Source of the DNA: Candidatus Eiseniibacteriota bacterium
Lineage (GTDB): Bacteria > Eisenbacteria > RBG-16-71-46 > CAZEPH01
Assembly (NCBI GenBank): GCA_044229145.1
Contig: JBGATO010000025.1
Span: 1-51,618 of the forward strand
Length of the DNA: 51,618 nt
Direction of reading: 5' to 3'
The position numbers and the translations under genes are program-made. The first letter of the stretch is position 1. Each line of letters starts with the position of its first letter. Below are positions 18,714 through 27,502 of this stretch, one piece after another. Under the pieces are notes generated by a model. It saw only the letters and a program-made list of their open reading frames with translations, had not been told where the DNA came from and did not search any database.

Positions 18714-20439
18714 TCGCCCGGCCGCTCCCGGCGCATCGCCGCGCGTCTTCGCCCTTGGGCTGGATGGCGCCACGTTCGACCTGCTCGAACCGTGGTTCGC
18801 CGAGGGCAAGCTGCCGACCCTCGCGCGGTTGTATCGCGAGGGCACGCGCGCACGGCTGCAGTCGGTGGTGCCGTATCTTTCGCCGCAAGCGTGGACGTCG
18901 TTCATGACCGGGAAGAACCCGGGCAAGCACGCGGTGTGGGACTTCATCGTCCATCTGCCGGACAGCTACGAGATCCAGTTCGCCAACGCGGCGTCGCGGC
19001 GCGCGGTGTCGCTGTGGAAGATGCTCGGCGACGCGGGCAAGAAGGTATGCGTCGTCAACGTGCCGATGACGTTCCCGCCCGAGCCGGTCAACGGCTACCT
19101 GATCTCCGGCATGGAAGCGCCCGGCGTGTTCGCCAACTTCGCGTATCCGCCGGATCTCTACGCGCGGATGAAGCGCGAACTCGGCGGCTACAACATGCAC
19201 GGCGACTACTGGATCCAGGGCACGCCGGAGGAGTACCTCACGCGGCTGCACGGCACCATCGCCGATCAAGCCGAGGCGGTGCGCTGGCTGTTGCGCCAGG
19301 AGCCGTGGGACTTCTTCATGATGGTGTTCGGGTCCACCGACCGCGTGCAGCATCACTTCTGGGCGCAGATGGACGCGACGCATCCGCGCCACGATCCGCA
19401 GGCGCCGGCCGCGCATCGCAGCGCGATCTACGACGTCTACGCGCGGCTCGACGACGAGATCGCGCGCTTCCTCGAGGCGCTGCCGCCGGACACCGTCGTC
19501 CTGGTGATGAGCGACCACGGCGCCGGGCCGTACCACAAGATCGTCTACCTCGATCGCTGGCTCGAGTCGCAGGGCTTCCTGCACTACAAGCTGCCGGCGC
19601 ACAGCGCGGCGTGGAATCCGGCGCGCTGGATGTTCCACGCCACCGAGGAGTTCTATCTGCGGCTGCGCAGCGCGTTGCCGCGCGGCGTCAAGGACTGGCT
19701 CAAGTCGAACCTGCCCACCGCGCGTCGCGTCGTCGAGAGCTACCTGCTCACGTCGTCGATCGACTGGGAGAAGACGACCGCGTTCTCGCTCGGCATCGAG
19801 TCGACGCGCATCTTCGTCAATCGCGATGGGCGCTTCCCGCACGGCTTCGTCAAGGCGGGCGCGGAGTACGACGCGGTCATCGCGCGGCTGAAAGACGGGC
19901 TCCTCGCGCTGCGCGATCCGGACACCGGCGAACCGCTGGTCGAAAACGTCTACCACGCCTCCGAGCTCTACTCCGGGCCGTATCTCGCCGAAGCCGCCGA
20001 TCTCGTCGTGCAGTGGAAGGGCGATCTCTACATCACGCGCCGCAGCTATGGCCCCGAGGACGCCGATCGCATCGTCGACGACAACCTGATGGTCGGCGAA
20101 GTCGGCCGCTTGATGTCGATCCCGCAGACCGGAACGCATCGCCGCGACGGCATCTTCCTGCTGCACGGTCCCGGCGTCGCGGCGAACTGCGATCTCGGCG
20201 AGGTCGGCATCATGGACCTCGCGCCGACACTGCTCTTCCTGCTCGGCCAGCCGGTGCCGGAGGACATGGACGGCCACGTGGTGACCGCTGCCTTCAGCGA
20301 GGCGTTCCACGCGGCGCGCGGGGCGGTGCAGTTCCGTCCGGGCACCGGATGGGACGCGGGATCCGGGGATCTGTGGACGCCGGCCGAGGACGAGGCGGCT
20401 GTCCGCGAGCGCCTGCGGGGGCTGGGCTACATTGAGTGA
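18706..20439 (+). CDS. Alkaline-phosphatase-superfamily protein (COG3379-like), paralog 2
   Basis: LGLDGAT, SVVPYLSPQAW..TGKNPGKH, TDRVQH, MSDHG, TGTH; C-terminal tail VRERLRGLGYIE. Confidence 0.9.
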   Translation: MPDRPAAPGASPRVFALGLDGATFDLLEPWFAEGKLPTLARLYREGTRARLQSVVPYLSPQAWTSFMTGKNPGKHAVWDFIVHLPDSYEIQFANAASRRAVSLWKMLGDAGKKVCVVNVPMTFPPEPVNGYLISGMEAPGVFANFAYPPDLYARMKRELGGYNMHGDYWIQGTPEEYLTRLHGTIADQAEAVRWLLRQEPWDFFMMVFGSTDRVQHHFWAQMDATHPRHDPQAPAAHRSAIYDVYARLDDEIARFLEALPPDTVVLVMSDHGAGPYHKIVYLDRWLESQGFLHYKLPAHSAAWNPARWMFHATEEFYLRLRSALPRGVKDWLKSNLPTARRVVESYLLTSSIDWEKTTAFSLGIESTRIFVNRDGRFPHGFVKAGAEYDAVIARLKDGLLALRDPDTGEPLVENVYHASELYSGPYLAEAADLVVQWKGDLYITRRSYGPEDADRIVDDNLMVGEVGRLMSIPQTGTHRRDGIFLLHGPGVAANCDLGEVGIMDLAPTLLFLLGQPVPEDMDGHVVTAAFSEAFHAARGAVQFRPGTGWDAGSGDLWTPAEDEAAVRERLRGLGYIE

Positions 20440-20989
20440 CGCGCGCCCGGTGTCGCTGGTCCTGGTGGATCGCGACGGCACGCTCAACCGGCTGGTGCGC
20501 GGCGGCTACGTGACGCGCCCCGAAGATCTCGAGATCCTCGACGGCGCGCTGGAAGCTCTGCGGATGCTGCACGACGCCGGGCTCAAGGTGGCGGTGGTCA
20601 CCAACCAGTCGTGCATCGGGCGCGGCCTGGTGACGCCGGAGGCGATCGCCCGCGTCCACGCCCGGCTGGCCGAGGAGATTCTCGCTCACGGCGGGCTCGT
20701 CCAGGCGATATACTGCTGCCCGCACGCGCCGCAGGACGACTGCGAGTGCCGCAAGCCGCGCCCCGGCCTCTTGCGGCGCGCCCTGCGCGATGCCGGCACC
20801 GAACCCGAGGACGCGGTGCTGATCGGGGACGCGCCGGCCGACATGGAGGCCGCCCGCAACGCCGGCATGCGCGCCGTGCAAGTCCTCACCGGCTACGGAG
20901 CCGATGCTCCGCCGGGCGACATTCCCGCCGCGGTGCTGCCTGACGTGCGCGCCGCGGCTCAGTGGATCGTGGATCAGTGGACGCGATGA
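20432..20989 (+). CDS. gmhB: HAD-IIIA phosphatase, GmhB (heptose-1,7-bisphosphate phosphatase) family
   Basis: DRDGTLN, VVTNQS, CPH....CECRKP zinc site, IGD...D..AA..AG. Family call; substrate not established. Confidence 0.8.
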   Translation: MSDARPVSLVLVDRDGTLNRLVRGGYVTRPEDLEILDGALEALRMLHDAGLKVAVVTNQSCIGRGLVTPEAIARVHARLAEEILAHGGLVQAIYCCPHAPQDDCECRKPRPGLLRRALRDAGTEPEDAVLIGDAPADMEAARNAGMRAVQVLTGYGADAPPGDIPAAVLPDVRAAAQWIVDQWTR

Positions 20990-22641
20990 CACCGCCTTCC
21001 TCCGCCCCGCCTTCGACATGCATGCCCGTCCGTGACCGGATGGGAGGCCTGCTGCGCGCCGCCCTGGCCGCGCCGCAGCGTGTGCAGGCCGGCGTCGAGG
21101 ACATCTGGCGCCATGCCGTGACGCCTCACGGCACGCCATCGTGGTGGATCATCCTGCTGCTCCTGTTCTCCCCCGCCCTGGCGCTGGCGGGCGGCGGCTA
21201 CCAGGGATCGTCGCACAACGATCTCACCAGCCTCCTGGTGCCGACGGCGCCGAACATCCTGACGGTCTACATCCCGGCGGCGGCGGTGCTGCTCGTGCTG
21301 TACGTCGTCGCGTTCCTGCGCCCGGACATCGGCCTGCTGTTCTACGTCGCGCTGCTGCCGTTCCGTTCGCTGGTGCTGATGAAGGCCGGCGGCGCGGCGA
21401 TCGTGGCGTCCGACCTCACGGTGTTCCCGATGGTGGCGGGCTGGCTGCTCGGCGGCACGTTCCGTCGCGAACTGCCACGGCTGCCGTTCCGGCGCACCGG
21501 ACTCGACGCGCCGCTGGTCGCCTTCCTCTTCCTCTGCCAGATCTCCACGTACTGGTCCGTCGGCTACGTGGGCACCTTCTCCAAGGTGCTGCAGTGGATC
21601 TACGCGCTCATCCTGTTCTACTCCGGCGTCGAGATGATCAAGAGCCCGAAGCTGGTGCCGTGGATCATGATGTTCTGGAGCTTGGGCGCGCTGGTGAACT
21701 CGGGCTCGTCGGTGTTCACCTACCTCACGCTGCACATCCGCTCGGGCGGGCTGAACATCAACTCGCTCGAGACCGCGACGTACATGCTGTTCGGGCTGTC
21801 GCTGTCGATGGGCTTCTGGATCGGCGTGCGCGGGCGGTGGGCGCGCATCGTGGTGTTCATCAGTCTCGTCGTCCAACTCGGCGGCTTCATCATCGCCAAT
21901 TGCCGTGGGCCGATGCTCGGGCTGGCCGTGGGCTTCGTGATCCCGTTCTGCGCCGATCGTGAGGTGCGCAAGCTGGCGGTGTGGGGTCTGGTGGCCGCGC
22001 TCGTCGGGTACGGGATCGCCGTAGTCGGCGCGATGATGACGCCGGGAGCCGTGATCCCGAATCCGTTCCTGCGCTTCACGCACGAGAAGCAGCTGTTCGA
22101 CCTCGGCGAAGTCTACCGGCTCGACATCTGGAACTCGATCCTGCGCTACGTCATTCCGGCGGCGCCGATTCTCGGCGTCGGCGCCGGCAGCCTCGACGGG
22201 CTGCTCATGAATTGGGGTCACCGCGCGCTCGGCCCGGAGCACACCGCGCACTCGATGTATCTCGAAGTGCTCGCGGCACTCGGGCCGATCGGCTTCGGCC
22301 TCATGATGTGGTTTTGGATCGCCTACATGTGGCGGCTGTGGACGTCCTACCGGCGCATCCAGGACCAGCTGATGCGCGGGATCGTGCTCGGCGGGCTGTG
22401 CGCGGCAATCGCGAAGTGCGTGGCAGGATTCAGCTACGGTTTCTTCATCGAAGACCGCTACCAGTGGACGACGCTCGGCATCGTGCTCGGCGTGGCGAAG
22501 ATCGGCCTCGAGATGCAGGGCGAACGGACACCGATGTCGGACCCTGGCCCGCTGGCGCTCTCGCCGACGCCGGAACTGGAGGTCGAAGAGACGATCCCGC
22601 CGTTCGCGCCGGGTGGCGAACCGCTGCCGCGCTACCTCTAG
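20986..22641 (+). CDS. O-antigen ligase / Wzy polymerase family membrane protein
   Basis: Many TM segments; CRGPMLG, YRLDIW, PILGVGAG, AHSMYLEVLAALGPIG (Wzy_C pattern). ATGA overlap with gmhB. Confidence 0.85.
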   Translation: MTPPSSAPPSTCMPVRDRMGGLLRAALAAPQRVQAGVEDIWRHAVTPHGTPSWWIILLLLFSPALALAGGGYQGSSHNDLTSLLVPTAPNILTVYIPAAAVLLVLYVVAFLRPDIGLLFYVALLPFRSLVLMKAGGAAIVASDLTVFPMVAGWLLGGTFRRELPRLPFRRTGLDAPLVAFLFLCQISTYWSVGYVGTFSKVLQWIYALILFYSGVEMIKSPKLVPWIMMFWSLGALVNSGSSVFTYLTLHIRSGGLNINSLETATYMLFGLSLSMGFWIGVRGRWARIVVFISLVVQLGGFIIANCRGPMLGLAVGFVIPFCADREVRKLAVWGLVAALVGYGIAVVGAMMTPGAVIPNPFLRFTHEKQLFDLGEVYRLDIWNSILRYVIPAAPILGVGAGSLDGLLMNWGHRALGPEHTAHSMYLEVLAALGPIGFGLMMWFWIAYMWRLWTSYRRIQDQLMRGIVLGGLCAAIAKCVAGFSYGFFIEDRYQWTTLGIVLGVAKIGLEMQGERTPMSDPGPLALSPTPELEVEETIPPFAPGGEPLPRYL

Positions 22642-22729
22642 CGCTGGTCTCCAGCGCACGCGGAACGGCCCGGTACGCGAAGGACACTCGCGTTCCGGGC
22701 CGTCGTGTTTCGCCCGCGGCGATCGCCGC

Positions 22730-24550
22730 TTACTGGCGCGTCGCCAGTCCGCCGGACGCCGCCGGCGGCGCACTCAGCGCGTTGAGCGGCACGGCGCGGA
22801 TGACCACCGGATTGCGCCCGATCTTGAACGTGAGCGTGTTGCCGGTGTCGGCGGTGTAGACGCGCGCCGGGAAGTCCGTCCCGACGTTCACCGAGGCGCC
22901 CGAACTCCGCGCCGCCACCAGCGTAGTGACCGCCGCCTGACCGACGTTCGACGACATCTGGATCTTCACCGTCGTGGAGTCGCCACCGCCCTCGCGGTAG
23001 AAGTCCCACCACACCACGGCCGCGGTGCGCCCGAGACTGTCCGGCGCGGTGATCACGTGCACGTTGCTGCCGCCTTGCAGCGGCGTCGCCTCGGCGAGCT
23101 GTGACCACTTCACCTTGTTCATCCACTGCGCGAGTTGCTGATAGGTCCAGTACGACAGCTTCTTCTGTCCGGTATAGGTCAGCACGCCGGTGTGATTGAA
23201 GAAGTTGTTGGTGCCATATCCGCCGAAGCCGCCCGGCGTCGCCGGGTCGGTGTCTTCGGTCTGCGACCACAAGACGACACTGGCGCCATGCACCAGCGGG
23301 TACAACAAGCGCTTCACGAGATCCCGCGCCTGCTGCTCCTCGGACACCAACGGGAACGTGCCGCCACCGTTCGGCGCCACCGGCTGCCCGTCGTAGGACG
23401 ACGTCTCGGTGATCCAGATCGGCTTCGAGCCCGCACTGTGTTGCTGGAGGAGCGACTGGATCTGCGCGAGGATGTCTTTCTCGTCGAAGTAGGCGAACTG
23501 GTTCTGCACCGACGTCGTCATGTCCGCCACGCCGAACAGGTGCGTGTCGACGATGTCGTAGAGCGCCGCCGACGCCGTGGCGCTGCCGGTCTGCTGGTCC
23601 AGTGCGGTCAGCACGCTCGACAGATACGACGGCGTCATGCCACCGAGCGCCACCTTGCAGTCGGAACACACCGAGTGGATCGCGTCGGACGTCGTCTTCA
23701 CCAGCCTGGCGTAATTGGCCGGCGTGTCGTTCCAGTAGTAGGCGCCCATCGGCTCGTTGTGCACCTGGAACAGCTTGGTGGTGGACTTCACCGCGTTGAC
23801 GCCGTTCTTCACGTAGCTGATGTACGCCGCCTCGTCGCACGGATAGCGCGGCGCGGAGGTGTCGCCGCCTCCGCACGTCGCGAGGTCCGTCTTGTTGATC
23901 GGGTCGATGGTGATGAGCGACTGCGCGCCGATGCCGGTCATGAACGCGGCGTCGGTCTGGGCCGGGAGATACGGCTGCGGGAAGTTGTTGACCATGTCCC
24001 AGCGCAGCGCGCCGCCCCACTGGCCGCCGGCGCCGAAGCGCGTGTACGCCAGGCCGAAGTCCTGATAGATGCCGAGCGTCGGCGTCGTGCTCTTCTGCAG
24101 CAGGAAGGGATCGAGGAAGCCGAGCGGAATCGGCCCGTCGAGCCCGGCGCCGCTGCCGCTCGCGCGCACCGTCACCGTGAAGGTTACCGACGAACAGGCG
24201 TTCTGCGAGTCGCAGGCCTGGATGGTGAGTGTGTAGGTCCCGACTTGGGCGTCGCCCGGCGTCCACGACACCAGCCCCCCGCTAGTGAGCGTGAAGCCGG
24301 TGGGCGCGGATCCGATGACACTCCAGGTGATCGGATCGCCCTGGGCGTCGGTCGCGGAGAGTTGGCGCGAGACCGTCACACCCGCGGTGATCGTGAAGTT
24401 CGACACCGGGACGATGGCCGGCGCGGTGTTCCCGGCTCCGCCGCCGCCGCCGCCCCCGCATCCCCACACTCCCACGGCGACCAGGCACACGGCGAGTGCC
24501 CGGCCCAGACTCCGCGCGGCCGTCCTGCTGCGCGACCAGCTCCGACGCAT
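22730..24550 (-). CDS. Lipoprotein with an Ig/cadherin-like domain and a GH39-like glycoside hydrolase domain
   Basis: Lipobox VWGC followed by a poly-Gly linker; NTAP...ATDAQGDPITWS...GLVSWTP...GTYTLTI.A.D (He_PIG-like); FQVHNEP, VDTHLF, PIWITET. Confidence 0.8.
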   Translation of the reverse strand: MRRSWSRSRTAARSLGRALAVCLVAVGVWGCGGGGGGGAGNTAPAIVPVSNFTITAGVTVSRQLSATDAQGDPITWSVIGSAPTGFTLTSGGLVSWTPGDAQVGTYTLTIQACDSQNACSSVTFTVTVRASGSGAGLDGPIPLGFLDPFLLQKSTTPTLGIYQDFGLAYTRFGAGGQWGGALRWDMVNNFPQPYLPAQTDAAFMTGIGAQSLITIDPINKTDLATCGGGDTSAPRYPCDEAAYISYVKNGVNAVKSTTKLFQVHNEPMGAYYWNDTPANYARLVKTTSDAIHSVCSDCKVALGGMTPSYLSSVLTALDQQTGSATASAALYDIVDTHLFGVADMTTSVQNQFAYFDEKDILAQIQSLLQQHSAGSKPIWITETSSYDGQPVAPNGGGTFPLVSEEQQARDLVKRLLYPLVHGASVVLWSQTEDTDPATPGGFGGYGTNNFFNHTGVLTYTGQKKLSYWTYQQLAQWMNKVKWSQLAEATPLQGGSNVHVITAPDSLGRTAAVVWWDFYREGGGDSTTVKIQMSSNVGQAAVTTLVAARSSGASVNVGTDFPARVYTADTGNTLTFKIGRNPVVIRAVPLNALSAPPAASGGLATRQ

Positions 24551-24924
24551 GCGATTCCTCCACGAAACGAGAATTGCAGGTCCGTCGGGCCTGCGCGGAT
24601 GGGGAAATTCCCGGGGAGAATGCCCCGGGTGCCGAACGATGTCCAGAGGCGTACGGCACGGCGACACTGTGGGGGTAGGCAACCCTGAGAGTGATGCCGG
24701 GCGCGACAAGTTCCCGCCCCGCGCACGATTGCGCGCGCGCGAGCACCGTGGCGAAGTTCTCACCGCCTGCGAGGCGGGACGGTGGAGAAGCCGCCGCGCC
24801 CGTCGGAATTTCGGCCCGCGCGTCACCGGGCCGCACCGCGCCGCGCACCGGCGGCAGACGATGTCGTGTTGTCCGGCAAGCCGTTAGGAGGAATTCGCAG
24901 TGGCGGCCCCGGCGACGTGCAGAA

Positions 24925-24939
24925 TGGCACGCCGCGTGC
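24925..24939 (+). promoter_or_regulatory. Putative sigma54 (-24/-12) promoter
   Basis: TGGCACGCCGCGTGC: GG at 24926-27, 10 nt, GC at 24938-39; one mismatch to TGGCAC-N5-TTGC. Confidence 0.55.
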
Positions 24940-24950
24940 GCAACTGCACG

Positions 24951-25165
24951 GTGCGCTCTGCACGAGCGCCGAGCAAGAACGGGCGTCGCTGGGCAGCCTC
25001 AGCCGCTGAGGACACCCACGGTTCATGGACGAGCCGACGGACCCCGTCTTCCACCCTTCGACGACATGGATTGCCGACGGAGGGTGGGCACTACGTGTGG
25101 CGTGCATGGATGCAGGCCACTCCAAGCGAAAGGGAGCACCCCCACGGGTGCTCCCTTCTCGTTTT
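24951..25165 (+). ncRNA. Candidate CsrB/RsmZ-like GGA-hairpin small RNA (ends approximate)
   Basis: Lies between the sigma54-type site and a terminator. ATGGA at 25025, 25066 and 25106 in hairpin loops; ACGGA at 25037 and 25077; AGGA at 25009; AGGGA at 25131. Confidence 0.5.
25130..25165. terminator. Intrinsic terminator, probably bidirectional
   Basis: 12-bp stem aagggagcaccc/gggtgctccctt with a 4-nt loop; ctcgtttt follows on plus; lies about 30 nt past the wza stop on minus. Confidence 0.8.
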
Positions 25166-25187
25166 GCCATGCGGCGCCGTCGCGGCG

Positions 25188-25886
25188 CTACTTGCTCCGG
25201 TTCGACCGCAGTTCGACCAGCGTCCACACGGTCACCGCGCTGAGCGCGATCTGGGTGAGCGTGCTGTAGTCCTTGAACGAGTAGAACCACTTGCGCGGCA
25301 GCGACACCTGATCGCCCGGTTCGAGCACCAGGTCGAGATCGCGGCGGCCGTCGGTGTTGATCTTGTCGACGTCGACGGTGATGACCTTCGCGCCGGTCGC
25401 CCCCAGACGCGTGATGCGTGCGCGCTTGAGGTTCGCCGCGTCCTGCGGGCCGCCGGCCGACGCCAGGTACTGCGACAGCGTGAAGCCTTCGACGTAATCG
25501 AACTGCCCCGGCTTGACGACCGCGCCGGTCACCGAGATCTGCTTGTTGACCAGCCCCTTGAGCGTGACCGTGACCTTCGGGTCGACATAGTACTTGGTAA
25601 GGGCGTCGCGGATGCGCGCCTCGGCGTCGCGCAGGGTGAGGCCGCCGACCTTCACGTTGCCGATCAGCGGGTACGAGATGACACCGGCGCTGGACACCGA
25701 GACATCGGTGCTGATCTCCGGGTGGTTCCAGACGTAGACACTGAGCACGTCGAAGCCGGAGATGACTTGGTCGCTGGCGGACAACTGCGCGAAGGCAGCC
25801 GGCGCGACCGTCGAACAGCCGAGAATCGCCAGGAGAAGCCACGCGCTCAGGCGGAAGCCGAGGCCGCGTCGTGTCATGCTCGTCAT
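25188..25886 (-). CDS. Polysaccharide export protein (Wza/Poly_export + SLBB)
   Basis: DVLSVYVWNHPEIS...G.ISYPLIG.V.VGGLT, YVDPKVTV, VTGAVVKPG, AGG, LEPGDQV; C-terminal helix; ATGA overlap with the upstream gene. Confidence 0.9.
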   Translation of the reverse strand: MTSMTRRGLGFRLSAWLLLAILGCSTVAPAAFAQLSASDQVISGFDVLSVYVWNHPEISTDVSVSSAGVISYPLIGNVKVGGLTLRDAEARIRDALTKYYVDPKVTVTLKGLVNKQISVTGAVVKPGQFDYVEGFTLSQYLASAGGPQDAANLKRARITRLGATGAKVITVDVDKINTDGRRDLDLVLEPGDQVSLPRKWFYSFKDYSTLTQIALSAVTVWTLVELRSNRSK

Positions 25887-27466
25887 CGTGCTGTGAGCTC
25901 CGTCAGGACCGTGCCGTCCATGTCGGCGGGCGCCGCCACGCCGAACGTGTGCAGAATCGTCGGCGCCAGGTCGATGATGCGTGCGCCGCTGACCTTCTTC
26001 CCCGCCGCGATCCCCGGCCCGTGGGCGATGAGCACGCCGTCGGGGGTGTGAATCCCGGAGATCTTGAAGCGGTTCCCCTCGCCCGAACCGAACAGCGTGC
26101 CGGCGGGAATCTTGCCGCCGCCGCGGTGGACGGCGAGGAAGTCGCCCACCATCTGATAGCCCTGCTTCAGGACGACGATGATATCCGGAGCGTCCGCCAG
26201 ACGCGAGCCCGAGTACAGCTCCTCGCGGGTATAGGTCTTCTCGACGCACGGCTGGCCGGTGGCCGGATCCACGAGCGCCTCGAGCTTGCGGCGGATCTCG
26301 GTGCGCAGCGCCTCGTACTCGGCCTGCTTGACGACGCCCTGCGGCTCGCGCCCCTCGACGTTCAGGATGATGTTGCCGAAGGTGCCCTCGCTGAACGCCT
26401 TGGTCCGCGCCCAGTTCATCTCGGTCGGACGCATGAACTTCATCGTCGTCTTGCGCCCGGCGTCGACGCGGCCGGCGATGCGGGCGCGCAGGCCCTGCGG
26501 CAGGAAGCGCTTGCCGAGCAGGTACGCGGTCTTGAACGCACTGCGGATCATCCGCTTCTTGAACGGCGGAATCACCGTGGCGAGGTAGCCTTCCGCCTTG
26601 AGCCACGCGTTGATGAGCAGCACGCGGTGCAGCGGTCCGCCGCCGTGGTCCGACATCACGTAGACCGTGGTGTCCGGGCCAAGCGCGTCGCACAGCCGGC
26701 CGAGTTCACGGTCGAGCGCCACGTAGGTCTCGTCCACCGTCTTGGCGAACTCGTGCGACGGATCGTAGTCCGGACGCGCCGGATCGATGTAGCGCCAGAA
26801 GGTGTGCTGCGCGCGGTCGGTGCTGGTGGCGACGTGCACCACGAAGCGCGGCTTATGCTGTTCCACCAGCCACAGCGTCGCGTCGGTGCGCTGGCGCTCG
26901 ACGTCGTTGAGTTCGGCGAGGAAGTCGCGCAGTTCCTGCGGGTCCGGCTCCTCGCCGGTCTTCTCGAACTGCCGGCGGTGCGCGTCGACGATGTAGCCGT
27001 GGCCGAGCGCCTTCTTCATGTCCTCGAGCAGCGTCTTCGGATACGAGAAGTTGCCGAACGGATTGTCGGTGAACACGCCGCTGATGAAGTAGCCAGCGAC
27101 CTTCTCCGGCGGATACGTCATCGGCACGTTGAGCACGCCGCACTTCACACCGCGCTCCGACAGCACCTTCCACACCGCATTACCGCCGCGGCTGCGCGTC
27201 GACACCACCTCGATGTCGTAGCTGTCCTTCTTGCGCTTGGTGAAGTCGAAGATGCCGTGGCCGCCCGGATTCATCCCGGTGAGGAACGACGACCACGCGG
27301 TCGGCGAGTGCGGATGCACCGTCGAGGCGAGGATGCCGGAGGCGCCCTCCCGTTGCAGCCGCGCGAAGTTCGGACAGCGGCCGGCATCGATGAGCGGCTG
27401 CAAGATCTCCCACGTCGCGCCGTCCATGCCGAACACCAGGACCTTGCCGTTCGGATTCACCGCCAT
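25883..27466 (-). CDS. Alkaline-phosphatase-superfamily protein (COG3379-like), paralog 3
   Basis: FGMDGAT, STVHPHSPTAW, TDRAQH, MSDHGG, SGIH. Confidence 0.9.
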   Translation of the reverse strand: MAVNPNGKVLVFGMDGATWEILQPLIDAGRCPNFARLQREGASGILASTVHPHSPTAWSSFLTGMNPGGHGIFDFTKRKKDSYDIEVVSTRSRGGNAVWKVLSERGVKCGVLNVPMTYPPEKVAGYFISGVFTDNPFGNFSYPKTLLEDMKKALGHGYIVDAHRRQFEKTGEEPDPQELRDFLAELNDVERQRTDATLWLVEQHKPRFVVHVATSTDRAQHTFWRYIDPARPDYDPSHEFAKTVDETYVALDRELGRLCDALGPDTTVYVMSDHGGGPLHRVLLINAWLKAEGYLATVIPPFKKRMIRSAFKTAYLLGKRFLPQGLRARIAGRVDAGRKTTMKFMRPTEMNWARTKAFSEGTFGNIILNVEGREPQGVVKQAEYEALRTEIRRKLEALVDPATGQPCVEKTYTREELYSGSRLADAPDIIVVLKQGYQMVGDFLAVHRGGGKIPAGTLFGSGEGNRFKISGIHTPDGVLIAHGPGIAAGKKVSGARIIDLAPTILHTFGVAAPADMDGTVLTELTAR

Positions 27467-27502
27467 GCGGTTGCCTTCCTCCTTGCCGTGTGTCGCGGGC
27501 GC

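Noticed and set aside
17124..20439. Calling the AlkP paralogs formylglycine sulfatases
   Set aside because: They lack the C/SxPxR motif and show the DG...S.PAW...SDHG phosphodiesterase-like pattern.
25024..25110. CRISPR or mini-array reading of the ~40-nt periodic repeats
   Set aside because: The repeats are only 6-9 nt and there are no cas genes in the window; the pattern fits GGA hairpins better.
25025..25243. 72-aa plus-strand ORF overlapping the sRNA candidate
   Set aside because: It runs through the strong terminator and into wza antisense and has no recognisable motif. Not fully excluded, since GAGGA lies upstream.
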